Assembly: GCA_016748015.1 (NCBI GenBank)
Contig: JAAOMT010000611.1
Span: 1-48,818, forward strand
DNA length: 48,818 bases
Direction of reading: 5' to 3'
Source of the DNA: Geosiphon pyriformis uo1
Taxonomy: Eukaryota; Fungi; Glomeromycota
In this document: positions 24,823-38,026 of the stretch, one piece after another
Layout: the number at the start of each line of letters is the position of its first letter
Numbering within the stretch: position 1 is the stretch's first letter
The notes under the pieces: model-generated
The model's database searches: none
Seen by the model: only the letters and a program-made list of their open reading frames with translations
What the model was told of the DNA's origin: nothing
Position numbers and translations under genes: made by a program

Positions 24823-25550
24823 AAAAATCATGATAATAAGTATTTACCATAAAGGGAATACATAACGTTATTCCAATCATTAATGATGATGATGAAAAAT
24901 TTTTTTGTACCCCCCCCCCCCCCCCCCCCCCCCAAAGCCTAGACTGTACGAAAATTGTGAAATGTATGAAAAATTTTTTTTTTTGTTTTATTTGTTTGGA
25001 ATACGAAAATTACATGCATTTAGAAATTAACATGATCCAGTCTTGAAACAATAAATAAAATCATAATTTGAGATTTTTTTTTGATTTTTTAATTAATTTT
25101 TCAATAAAAAAAAAAGAATTTTAAAATACATGCATATTGATGAGTGAGCTAAATTTTTGAAGCAGATGAAATCAGGTGTATGAACACCACATATATTTAA
25201 ATCATTATATGAGAAATGTTTTTAGCATATGCCTCTACCTACCTACCTGTCACGTCATAAAGCTCGTAACGACGCTTTTTTTTTTCACATTTGTAATAAC
25301 ATACCCCTTGTGAAAATATGGGAATCATTAAAGGAATTGCACTTATTTTAATGCAAAACAGTTTAAATAATAGAATTTTCATATGAATTTTATCAATAAT
25401 AAAAGGAAAAACAGTAGTATCTGGTTTTCAGATTCAAGAAAATAGAACAAGGAAAATATTATTTATTATTTAAAAAGTGAAAAAATAAAATAGGATGATT
25501 CAATTCTCAATATAATAATAAATATAATATTTTTCACATTTCTAAGCTCT

Positions 25551-26864
25551 TCAATCATTATTTCTTGAAATTTCTTCTTCTTTAAACATGACATGGTCGA
25601 AATTTGGTCCCAAATGCTCATCATCAGAATGTGATGCTCTATAATGTTCTATTGCTTCTTGCCAATTTTTTGCCGGATATAAGGCGTTATGGTAATGATT
25701 TCTGGCATTGCAATCCTTAAAAAAGAAATTTTCGATCAAGATTAACAAATTATAATTTTAAAATTAAGATAGAAAAAGAAAATTTACCTCATTCTCATAT
25801 AAAGTAGTCGTATGGTAACATAAATAAATTTTGGGATCAACACAATCACATGGAGGCTCTATCCAAAACTCCTTTTGAAAATGTTTATATAATATCCTAG
25901 GGTCCGCCTTATGTTTTTCAGTGGTTTCTTTTCTGCTTCGATCAGAACCCTCAATTGGAAAGTTAGGTATCCAATCATCACCATGAGTCACTCTCCAAAC
26001 TTTGGTTAACATTGCTTCCGTATTATAAATAAATAAATAAATAAATAATTTCCTACTCGTGGCATACCGAAAGTAATAAAAGTTACTGATGCTTCCATAT
26101 GCACCCTCTTATATTAAAGTGCAGCAAATAAGAAATCAAAATAAATAAATAACCAATTTTTTGTGGGAAAACTTTTTTTAAAAAAAGTAAATTTCATTAT
26201 CAGCTCCAATACCGTAGCCTGTGAATGTATTGTTTTGTTTTTTAAATATTTTTAATTTTTCTCAGAACTTTATACACAAATTTCCCAACTTTTATAGAAA
26301 ACTTTGGTGACCAACGCATGTTCGAAATATGGGTAAGAAATGAGATCCAATTTTAGACTTTCAAGTTCGATTGTGGTCCTTGAGAATATTGCTATACATG
26401 AATTTTTGGGTTGATTTGACTTGTGAATGTTCGTTGATGATTGCTTTCCAATTTATAATTTTAAATACTAACCACACACTTTGTCTGCTAAAAAATGGTC
26501 TGTAAAAACTTGGAAGACTTGACAAGATGCTTTCCATGCAAATCGCACTTTCTGCTAATTCTTTTAAAATACCCTCATCGTCAACAACCCTTTTTATAAA
26601 GTACATGGTCACCTCTCGTTATCAATGAAACTAGTGGTTAGTAGTGACATGGTAAATTAAAGATTCTGAAATAAAAAAAGAAATAAAGAAAAAAAAAAGA
26701 ATTGCTCTAGTGAAAATATGATTCTTTTTGAGGAAAGCGGTATCTTAAAACACTTTGGCTTTCTTTGAAAACTTACTTGTTGTTCACCTTCAACTATGAT
26801 AGGATGAAAATAAGTAAAAAATAATTTAAATTAAAAAGAGAAAAAATAAACATTTAAATCTCAT
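25551..26864 (-). pseudogene. Pseudogene copy of lipase-like gene A (34437-35842)
   Basis: Same ATG context, but CAA->TAA at codon 13, several deletions/frameshifts, and the GT donor after GYGIGA mutated to AT. The last exons are nearly identical to gene A. Confidence 0.88.
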
Positions 26865-27320
26865 GTTTAACTAGATAAAGCATTTATAAATTTCAAAAAG
26901 TTCCCAAGTATATTTAGAAAGAAAATTTTCTCTTAATGGAAAATTAGTATTACTAATAAAAAATAAAAGTGTAATCTTTCATTTTTCTATCTCATTTCTC
27001 TCAATCAACGCACTTTTTATTCTGAAAAATTGTTTACCATGTAATCAGAATTGTAATTGTGTGTGTATGTGTGTAAGAATAAGAGCTATATCATTCACGA
27101 GATCGAAAATACGTTCAAGCAAGAAAATCTCCACAAAGTAAATAAGAACTTATTTGTTTCTGATTCTGATCTGATTTTTTAAAACAACCAATTTAATTTA
27201 ATAGCAATTCGGGATTATAGTATAAATAAGAAAAGGTTTCAAATAGAGAAATTTCTATGAGTCAGTCAGTCAAATTAGTCTTGAATCCAATCGAAAGAAA
27301 TTTGGAAAAACAAAAAAGTA

Positions 27321-27434
27321 ATGTTCAAAGAATTTGTAAGGACATTAAAGCTAGTAAAGCAAATTTAGTTCGGGCAGGGTATTGTTATTTAAAAGATATA
27401 TATTCTTTGGAGCAAAGTAATGAATGAAGGAATA

Positions 27435-27469
<35 letters not shown>

Positions 27470-28718
27470 GAATGATTGATTCATTCGAGATTAATTTTTT
27501 TACACGTTATATTTTCTCATATCCTAATCCATTCAAAAATTCTCTTAACAGCCAACTATAATATTTCCGTTGTCTCTATTAACCATGACAATTCAAAAAT
27601 TACATTTGCTTTTGCTGATATCACTGAAAGTAATTTCAAAACATTGGCAGAAACAACATCCTTCAGATTTCCGGTGGTTAAATTTCCAGATGTAGCTGGT
27701 GCAGGCGTCGCATTTANNNNNNNNNNNNNNNNNNNNNNNNNNNNNNNNNNNNNNNNNNNNNNNNNNNNNNNNNNNNNNNNNNNNNNNNNNNNNNNNNNNN
27801 NNNNNNNNNNNNNNNNNNNNNNNNNNNNNNNNNNNNNNNNNNNNNNNNNNNNNNNNNNNNNNNNNNNNNNNNNNNNNNNNNNNNNNNNNNNNNNNNNNNN
27901 NNNNNNNNNNNNNNNNNNNNNNNNNNNNNNNNNNNNNNNNNNNNNNNNNNNNNNNNNNNNNNNNNNNNNNNNNNNNNNNNNNNNNNNNNNNNNNNNNNNN
28001 NNNNNNNNNNNNNNNNNNNNNNNNNNNNNNNNNNNNNNNNNNNNNNNNNNNNNNNNNNNNNNNNNNNNNNNNNNNNNNNNNNNNNNNNNNNNNNNNNNNN
28101 NNNNNNNNNNNNNNNNNNNNNNNNNNNNNNNNNNNNNNNNNNNNNNNNNNNNNNNNNNNNNNNNNNNNNNNNNNNNNNNNNNNNNNNNNNNNNNNNNNNN
28201 NNNNNNNNNNNNNNNNNNNNNNNNNNNNNNNNNNNNNNNNNNNNNNNNNNNNNNNNNNNNNNNNNNNNNNNNNNNNNNNNNNNNNNNNNNNNNNNNNNNN
28301 NNNNNNNNNNNNNNNNNNNNNNNNNNNNNNNNNNNNNNNNNNNNNNNNNNNNNNNNNNATTTTAAACCTGAATTTTGGATTGATGACGAAAAATCGGATT
28401 GCGAGTGTACAGAAGATGTTTATCCGAAGGTCTATAAATGTTTTAGCAAGCTTTCATACGATGAACATCCGGTAGGAATTTAAAATTGAATATTCCTTAA
28501 AATTTAACGTTCATTTATACTATTATTGTTGTTTATACTCTTAGGAATGTAATGCTCGTAAACATGATTGGGAATTTACGAAAAAAATCAAGAGTGATGG
28601 AAAATCTGATGCCTTCCTTTATGGTCCTTATTTTGGAAAAAGGATGAATAATTGTGAAGGCTTAAATATAAGTAATATCATAGTAACACAACGCAAACGG
28701 AACGATAAATGGTATTGA
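27321..28718 (+). pseudogene. Pseudogene copy of lipase-like gene B (36463-38026), interrupted by N-gap
   Basis: A ~262 nt deletion in exon 1 removes the hydrophobic leader and shifts the frame (stop at codon 16). Downstream exons are near-identical to gene B, with a different last few codons (RNDKWY*). Confidence 0.8.
27717..28358. other. Assembly gap (N run)
   Basis: Run of N; its flanks match 37112 and 37661 of the paralogous copy. Confidence 1.
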
Positions 28719-30959
28719 AAATAGATAAACTTGTTTATTACTTGGTTTCTCCATATGAAAAATTAAATTTTATTGAAGCTTTAAAACCTGGCTATCTTCA
28801 AATGTGGTTGATAATTTTAGGGGTTATCTCGATATAATTTTCTAATCTGAAAAAATATTTAGTTTATAACGATATTTCTCAAAGAAAAGCTTGGAAACAT
28901 CTAAAATATTCATATTTTTTAAAGGTTAATACTTTGTGAAAAAAAATTATTGTATTCTTGGAATAATTCCTTCATCTAATATGCCCTGACAGTCTTATTG
29001 AGAATATGATATAAAATTATTGGAATTCTTTGAATTGTTTGCACCCTTTGTAAGTGATATTTTAATGTTGCCCACTCAATCTACCTTTTTCAAATGATTG
29101 GATAAAAGAGTGAATTGAATTTATGAATAAAATATTTTCTATGCTCGTTTGATACAGGGAAATGATCATGTCCCACAGTTTTCCCAGAGTTTATTATTAT
29201 TATTATTAGGTTGGAAACACGGCGATGTAGCTTTTACGTTAAATGAAATATTTATTTTGGTAAATTGATTGTTAATTTAGTATATTCAATACAATGAAAC
29301 TTATTTGCATATTAAGTTAAAACATCAAAATGAGTGCACTGAATATTTTTATTTTTATTTTTAAATAGGATTTTTCAGAGGGTTTCTCTTTTGTTTATAA
29401 ATTTTTTTAGTGGTTTGTAAACGTTTTAGGAAAAAATCAAGCTTAAATGATTTAGCAAGAATTATGGAGTTTTGGATTTCGTTTTCTATAAGATTTATTA
29501 AATTTTTTTTCCAAGAAACGATAAAAGAGTTATAACTAGCATCAATGAAAAAACATAACAATAGAATTAATCAATTTTGTTTGAAACAATTGGTTATTGC
29601 AAATAAACTATTTCAATATCTTGAAATTATAACTTAAAAAAAAGCGAAACTTTGTATAATTATATGCTATAATGTCTGGGTCAGAAAATCAAGAGGTTAA
29701 GATTTTCAAATCATAAAAAGATAAATTCGCTTTTATTTAATTTGATTCTACATTGTGCTGTCTATGTTAGAAATTTTCACTGGCAGGATATTCTATAACC
29801 TACTATTTCAAGTCCAACAATAAAGTTAAAAGAGTAACATTTTATCTATTTTAAACATAAAAAAAAAAACTTCAGAAATCATAAGCTGTTTTAACAAAAA
29901 GCGATCTTTGAAGTTTAGGTTTTTATCATATGCTAAACACATAAAGTGTCTTTAGCATACTTTTGTTTCTCCTGCTAATTAAAATTTTAAATTTTAAACA
30001 GTATTTTAGTTTTTTATTCTGCAATATATATAAAAAAACTTTTAATAACTATTAAATATAGAAACTTCGAGAGACTTGAAAAGATTGAAAATTCTTCAAA
30101 CAAAATAATAAAATAAAATTCTTTTAAACAATTTTTTTAATATTAAATCATTTTTTTCTTAAATATTTAAACATTGCAAAACTTTCTTTTTTTATTGACT
30201 CTAATTGAAATTAGCATCATTCAAAAAAATCTAATTTTGTATTTTAAACAAATAAATTTCTTTAATTAAATCTAACTGACAGAGATATTGAATGTGGTGT
30301 TAACTATAACATCAACTAGAATTAATGGGGACAAAATCAATTGTAGCTCTATAAAACTTGTTAAATATTTAATTCATTTAAATTATTATCTGCAAAAAAA
30401 ATAAATAAGCTAGAATTCTTTACTTTTCTTATAAAATATAGAGCTGTTAATATTATTGCAATAATAAGATAAAATTTATATTCTCCTCAAAATTCACTGA
30501 AAACCCCTATTTGTTAAAAAAAGTATTATATGATATGCAATTTGATAGAAATTAAATATTTATGATTAATTTAACTTGGAACCCATATGTGAATCAATGA
30601 ATCATTTATTTTGAAAGATACTAATTTCAAATGGAATGGTTAAAACTAATTGATATTTAAGTGCTTCAAAAAACTACTTTTTGGTAATTCAAAGCTCTAT
30701 TTGATTCAAACGTAAAAGTCCAATCAATGTGGCTTAAAATTAACAACAACCATTATGTATTTTAATTAGATCGCGGCATTCCCTTCTCGCTTACTCATTG
30801 TCATAATTTAAACAAAATGAACGAAAGAATAATTTAACCTTTAAAATGAATTATACACAAAATTATTTTCGATGATAATAATAATAATAATAATAATAAT
30901 AATCTTTATAAAAGAGATCTGAAACATCATTGACACGAACGAAATATATATCTTTCTAA

Positions 30960-32715
30960 ACTATAACAAGATATTAAACAAGCATTGAAGAAAGCTGAAA
31001 ATGTGTATAACAGATGCATGGAAAGTTTATGGAGAGTGAGAAGGCAGGTAGATTAGAAAAGTTGAAGAGGAAGCTGATGAAAGGATGATATGAACTAGAA
31101 AAGCCAGAAGATAAGCAGAAAGCAGAGTAGAACGAAATGATGGAGGAGTTGCGAAATGGGGGCAAATACTACATGCAGCAACAACTCAGACAGATAACCA
31201 CTTTGCTGGGAATATAGAGTAGAACTTTTAAATTTACTTTCTTATTCAGAAAATTTATATTATTATTTGTTAATGGAAGAAATATTCATATTTAAGAAAA
31301 GGTTTGGTATATACCGTTTTTACAATAACTAACTTCTGTTGGTTCTGCTATTTTATTTATGTATTTTCACATAGACCTCTCGCTAATCAGAGAGATTGGA
31401 AAAATATGTTTACACTATTTCACTACCTTTTTATGATATGTTTATAAAATAGTTCCTTTATTTCTTATATTTAACTATATTTTATTATTTTGAAGGGACA
31501 CAAACAGAGATAGAAAAAAAATGAACTTATCCAACATCATAATAATCCACCGAGTATAAATTTTCCTCTAGAGCAAAGGAATATTGAAAATGAAGTTTAT
31601 CATGACAGGTTCAATAATCCCACCAACACTTCATAAAAAGATATTATCAAAAATATTTTATGGAACAAACCTTATCACTAACTAATAATAACTTGATTTA
31701 TATAACACCAGTGAAGTTCAGATCTTGGACAATCTGATACAAAACCCTCTAAATGTAGTAACTGTTATGGAAATTAAAATCTCAAAGAGGTTGACAAATG
31801 CAGATATTGAACACATTGCAACTTTTTGTGAAAAACTACTCGAATTACTACCTCGAAGGCTCGAAGTCATTGGTACTATCACTGATTGTCATTACATTAA
31901 GTTTCTCAGAGTTGCTAGGGATATCTAAGGACTAAAACATTTCGAATGTCAACTTTTCACCCAAGAGCATCTTAACTACTCATCAGGAAAAAATCTTCCA
32001 TTAAGTTGGTTTTGGCTTGTTAATTTTTTCAATGCAACGCCTGAACAACGAGATTGGCGTGACCTTGAAGTATTCTATAATAATGACAAAGTCATTCTGA
32101 AAACCTGCATTGAAGAACTTCTTTAACTATGAAGGGAGCAACAAGTTTCAAAATTTTGTAATAAAAATGTAAAGATTTTCTGTCAGCAAAAATACAAATT
32201 CTGTAACAATTAGACCAAAACAACATTGAGCATGTTTCTTCGCTATTTTTATATATTGATAGATAATTTGTTATCCTGTATGCCAGTCAATAATTTATTT
32301 TGAAAAGAAAGAAATTGAAAGTTATCCAGAAAATACATAATCTTTAGAATAAGATATCGAGATTTAAAACATAGAAATATTCTGGATTCGGGAAGCTGGT
32401 AAAATCATCCTATGTACAATCCGCAATGACGAAGAATTTGGATTTACTGGTGGAGTGTGTTGTGCTGCAAATTCTGTTCTTGAACATTTGTGCGCAGGGA
32501 ATAAGTTTTAACCATTTTTTCATAAGGCAAAATATGATCTTGCTAATTTAATTCGTACAATATATATCATGTAAATGATTTTCCAAAAGTGTAAGTTAAT
32601 GAAATTTTTTAATCTAGCTTATGCCAGAAAAATTCAGAGTTTGTGGAAGCAGCACAATTAAGGTTATAGAAGCATATTTACCAGAAGGCCATCAAAGTTG
32701 ACGATGTTCTTTGAT
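30960..32715 (+). pseudogene. CRN-type REase-fold plus protein-kinase pseudogene
   Basis: A charged helical N-terminal remnant is followed by VVTVMEIK...FCEKLLELLPRRLEVIGTITDCHYIKFLRV (REase-like). Kinase remnants are YRDLKHRNIL (~32355) and FTGGVCCAANSVL...YDLANLIRTIY. Multiple stops and frameshifts are present. Confidence 0.6.
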
Positions 32716-34436
32716 ATAGTTCAAAACTCCGAACATAGACTGGTTTAAGACGCAGATAATGGAGATCGTGATTGTCTTAGGAGATTAGAGAAAAATTGAT
32801 GAGATAATTTAAAACTAATGAATAAAATTTTTGCATATTCATAACATATTTTACTTTTTCAAATCTCTAAAATGTTAATTTCACAATTAAAAACAATTTC
32901 AAAAATTATCAATAGCTTATATCAATACCTTTTCAAAAAAGATAATTAAATAAAATATTTAATAATATTAAATACAGTATCAAAATCTATTATTTTAAAA
33001 GAAATTAAAAAGACTTGTTTATCACAAATTCAGCATTTTAAATTTTTGTTTATAAAATTAATAATTATTAATAGAATAAGTATAATAATTATTTTAAAAA
33101 ATAAAATGTAATTGCAAAATTAAAGCCAGTTTTTTTTAAAAAAAATATTATATTTTAAATTGGTATTTCATGTGTGATAAATAGAGGCTTAATTTCTCAA
33201 AGAAATAAAGGAATAAAGTTTGGCTTAACTTAAAATTATACACATGCATGTATAAGAAATTGAAATTATTTATAAGTGTCAAGTTTAGGGGGAAAAATGA
33301 TATTAAATATGTGTGAATAAAACTTAAAAAAAAAATTATCAAAATAAACAAAAATTTAGATTCCAATCTATCATTCGAAAAAGTAACATTCATACAAGAA
33401 ATTATTTTTCATAAAACAACCTAAATTAATGATATAAAATACAATTTTTGTCTAAATAATAGCATTTAAAATATATGTATTAATTAATTTTTTTTCTTTA
33501 AAAATTTTCTATTTTAGCAAATTAATAATTCTAAAACCTAAAACTTAACAATATGATTTTCTATAATAGTATGCAGCATCTTGTCTGTATGAAAATTATT
33601 CTTTGCAATACAATTCTTTTCGAATATTTCAAATAAGGTCAATAAATAAAGTAACTTTATAAAACAGACTATTCCGAAATTAAGAATTTAAAGAAAATAA
33701 CTCATTTTAATTTACTATTATGTATGATATCATAAATAAATATCTAGATTCAGATAATTATATAAGGACTCTATGCAAATTTTTATAAAAGATGATTATG
33801 AGGGCAATGCTTTGATCTAAAGTTTTTTGCATTTCACACCATAAGTTATTTTTCAAGATTTAAATAACATGTGTTCCATATAATATGCTATTAAGGTATT
33901 CACATTCTTTTTTTAATATTGAAGCAAAAGTGGTAAAAATTAAAAGCTTAAGAAATTTATATACAGTATATTTATATTAATGATTTTTTTCAAAAAAAAA
34001 GATATCTAGTTTACCTGCTTCGATACTAAAGTCCGTGAATATATATTTATCTTAAATTTTTATAGGCTTTCTTGGATTATTAAATGACCCAAAGACAATT
34101 GTGGTATCCAAAATTATTTACTGTCACGTCATAAAGCTGGAGACCACGCTCTAATATTCTTCTTTTTTACCCATCTTGTAACAACATACCCCTTGGAAAA
34201 ATATGAAACCAATTAAATAGGATTTAAATTTATTAAATGCAGAGCAGTTTAAATAAAAAATTTTATCAAAAATAAAAGGAAAAACAGTAGTATCTGGTTT
34301 TCGATTCAAGAAAATAGAACAAGGAAAATATTATTTATTATTTGAAAAGAAAAAAATGAAATAGGATAATTCAATTCTCAATCTAATAATAAATATGATA
34401 TTTTTCCCATTTCTAAGCTCTTCAATCATTATGTTC

Positions 34437-35842
34437 TCAAAAAACCGAATTTTTTTCTCCTTCCAGGTTTGGACGGCAAAACTTAAACATGACATGGCTG
34501 AAATATGGTCCCATATGCTCATCATCAGAATGTGATGCTCTATAATGTTCTATTGCTTCTTGCCAATTTTTTGCCGGATATAAGGCGTTATGGTAATGAT
34601 TTCTGGCATTGCAATCCTTAAAAAAGAAATTTTCGATCAAGATTAACAAATTATAATTTTAAAATTAAGATAGAAAAAGAAAAATTACCTCATTCTCATA
34701 TAAAGTAGTCGTATGGTAACATAAATAAATTTTGGGATCTACACAATCACATGGAGGCTCTATCCAAAACTCCTTTTGAAAATGTTTATATAATATCCTA
34801 GGGTCCGCCTTATGTTTTTCAGTGGTTTCTTTTCTTCTTCGATCAGAACCCTCAATTGGAAAGTTAGGCATCCAATCATCACCATGAGTCACTCTCCAAA
34901 CTTTGGTTAACATTGCTTCCGTATTATAAATAAATAAATCATTTCCTATTCGTGGCATGCCGAAAGTAATAAGAGTTACTGATGCTTCCATATGCGCCCT
35001 CTTATAGTCAAGTGCAGCAAATACCGCAATAACTAAGAAATCAAAATAAATAAATAAATAATTTTTTTGTGAGAAAATTTTTATTGAAAAAAAGTAAATT
35101 TCATTACCAGCTCCAATACCGAAGCCAGTGAATGTATAATCATAGAAGTTGTTCCAAAGCTTGTTTTGCTTTTCAAATATTTGTAATTTTTCCCAGAAGT
35201 TGATTTCACAAGTTTCCCACCTTTTATAGAAAACTTTGGCGACCAAAGCATGTTCGAAATATGGGTAAGAAATGAGATCCCATTTTACATTTCCCCCATC
35301 TGTTGTAAAATAACTGAAGTCAAGTTCGTAAGTGCTAAAAGCGATTGTGGTCCTTGAGAATATTGCTATACAAAATTTTTTGGGTTAGATGAATGCTTTC
35401 CACTTTAGAATTTTAAATACTAACCCCACACTTTGCCTGTGTTGTAACCTGCCAAAAAATGGTCTGTAAAAACTTGAAAGACTTGACAAGATGCTCTCCA
35501 TGCAAAATCAGCACTTGATGTTAATTCTTTTAAAGTAGCCTCATCGTCAACAACCCTTTTTACAAAGGTTACACCTGCATGGTCACCTCTTATGGCAATC
35601 GCGTCATCAATAAAGCTAGTGGTTAGTGGTGATATGGTAAATGGATGAATCTGAAAGAAAGAAAGAAAAAAAAAAGAATTTGCTTTAGTGAAGACATAAT
35701 GCTTTTTTGAGAAAAGCGATATCTTAAAACGCTTTGGTTTTCTTTGAAAACTTACTCGTTGTTCACCTTCAACTATGATAGGATGAAAATAAGAAAAAAT
35801 AATTTGAGATAAAAAGAGGAAAAATAAACATTTAAATCTCAT
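34437..35842 (-). CDS. Secreted class-3 lipase-fold protein A, nucleophile Ser replaced (GFGIG); exons 35842-35756, 35650-35425, 35365-35108, 35032-34689, 34616-34437
   Basis: Signal-peptide-like N-terminus. Motifs are FTGFGIGA|VIAVFAALD, ITFGMPRIGN, RVTHGDDWMPNFP, YKHFQKEFWI and HMGPYF. All four introns are GT-AG with matching phases. Confidence 0.88.
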
Positions 35843-36462
35843 GTTTAACTAGATAAAGCATTTATAAATTTCAAGAAGTCCCCAAGTATCTTTGGAAGAA
35901 AAATCTTGCAAATCGCGTTATATTAGAAACAATGTGTTTTCGGCATTTATTAAACTAGATCAAGATTCTTGAACGAAATTCAATTTTTAGCAAAAACTTT
36001 CACCTAAATAAAATGCTTTCCCTTGATGGAAATTAATATTAACTACAAAAAATAAACGAGTGATCTTTCATTTTCTTATCTCGTTTCGATTGCCTCTCTC
36101 TCAATCAGCGTGCTTTTTATTTTGAAAAATTGTTTATCATATGATCAGAATTATGTGTGCGTGTGTGTGTGTGTGTGTGGAAACAAATACATGTACATAC
36201 TTGGGAATAAAAGCGATACAATTCACGAGATCGATAGTTAAAAATACGTTCGACTAAGAAAATCTCCAGAAAGTAAATTAGAAACAAGATATGCGAATTT
36301 AAAACAACCAGCTTGATTAATATTAATCTGTAAAACATTCCCTATGATAATATAAATAAAATTTTTACAAATAGTGAAAATTCTATCAGTCAGTCAAATT
36401 AATCTGGGGAATACAATCGAAAGAAATTTTCTTCAGCAAAACACTTTTGGAAAAAAAAAGTA
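35843..36462. promoter_or_regulatory. Putative bidirectional promoter region between divergent lipase-like genes A and B
   Basis: ~620 bp between head-to-head ATGs, containing a (GT)n tract. It is partly conserved in the duplicated copy (26865-27320). Confidence 0.45.
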
Positions 36463-38026
36463 ATGTCCCAAAAATCCCTAAAGACATTAAAGCACACCTT
36501 CTTATTAGTGAAAATTATTTTCATTATTATTATTTTTTGGATCCTTTTAATACATTTTTTATCTCGACAAACAAATTTAGGATCAAATAACTCAACTCCT
36601 ATTGATTATTATTTTAATTACTCAAAGAAGATTTTATCAGCCAATAAAAATTTCAAAGAACATTTTCACGTTTCAAGACAACAAGGCTTTGATTATGATA
36701 CAAGTTCCTTTGCAAAAACTTTAGTTGAAGATAGGAGCGTTTTAAACCTACTTGCTAGCAAAGCAAATATAGCTTGGACAGGCTATTGTTATTTAAAAGA
36801 TATATATTCTTTGGGGCAAGGTAATGAATGAAGGAATAAATCAATCAATCAATCAATCAATCAATGAATGATTGATTCATTCGAGATTAATTTTTTTACA
36901 CGTTATATTTTCTCATATCCTAATCCATTCAAAAATTCTCTTAACAGCCAACAATAATATTTCCGTTGTCTCTATTAACCATGACAATTCAAAAATTACA
37001 TTTGCTTTTGCTGATATCACTGAAAGTAATTTCAAAACATTGGCAGAAACAACATCCTTCAGATTTCCGGTGGTTAAATTTCCAGATGTAGCTGGTGCAG
37101 GCGTCGCATTTACTTACTACAGTAAATGGAAAAAACGTGTTCAAAAACTCTTTTTCGATCGTTTAGAATCATACTTGATAATACCCGCAAGGAAATTAGA
37201 TTATTCTGAAATGGAAGTGGATTATTCTTATTTTGAATTCACCGGCTACGGCGAAGGCAGTCGTAAGTATTTTATTTGAAAGAAAAGTGAAAAAGACTGG
37301 TATTATCCTTTTCTTTTAATTTTTTTCTTTTAATTAGCATATGCAATTTTTGCTGCTCTTGAATTTGTGGAAAGGTATCGACCGAAAAAAAGACCAATCA
37401 TTGTTACTTTTGGCCAGCCGAGAATGGGAAATGAGATTTTTGTTGCTTATGCTCAATCTCAACTTGAGGTAAGATATAACCTTTTCGAGATTGATTTTTA
37501 AGATGGAATTCTGAATTCTGAATTCAGATTTTTAGGGTTACATTTGTGGATGATTGGCTACCCAATATGCCAATACGAGGAAAAAAAACTTTTGTGAAAT
37601 GGAGTGATGAGAACGAGAGACCAAAAAATTCATTCCCACTAATATATGAAGTGTATAGACATTTTAAACCTGAATTTTGGATTGATGACGAAAAATCGGA
37701 TTGCGAGTGTACAGAAGATGTTTATCCGAAGGTCTATAAATGTTTTAGCAAGCTTTCATACGATGAACATCCGGTAGGAATTTAAAATTGAATATTCCTT
37801 AAAATTTAACGTTCATTTATACTATTATTGTTGTTTATACTCTTAGGAATGTAATGCTCGTAAACATGATTGGGAATTTACGAAAAAAATCAAAAGTGAT
37901 GGAAAATCTGATGCCTTCCTTTATGGTCCTTATTTTGGAAAAAGGATGAATAATTGTGAAGGCTTAAATATAAGTAATATCATAGTAACACAACGTAAAC
38001 GGAAGGGTAAATTCAAGACCTTATGA
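36463..38026 (+). CDS. Class-3 lipase-fold protein B with N-terminal signal/anchor, nucleophile Ser (GYGEG) and catalytic His both replaced; exons 36463-36820, 36948-37262, 37338-37468, 37528-37773, 37847-38026
   Basis: Motifs are FTGYGEGS|PYAIFAALE, VTFGQPRMGN, RVTFVDDWLPNMP, YRHFKPEFWI and FLYGPYFG. Introns are GT-AG and in phase. Confidence 0.88.

Larger units (their letters stand above)
25247..29220 (+). repeat. Tandem segmental duplication, copy 1 (partner ~34121-38340)
   Basis: Starts ctgtcacgtcataaagct (also at 34121) and ends ttattattaggttggaaaca (cf. ttattattagattggaaaca at 38340). It contains both lipase-like genes in the same head-to-head order. Confidence 0.93.
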
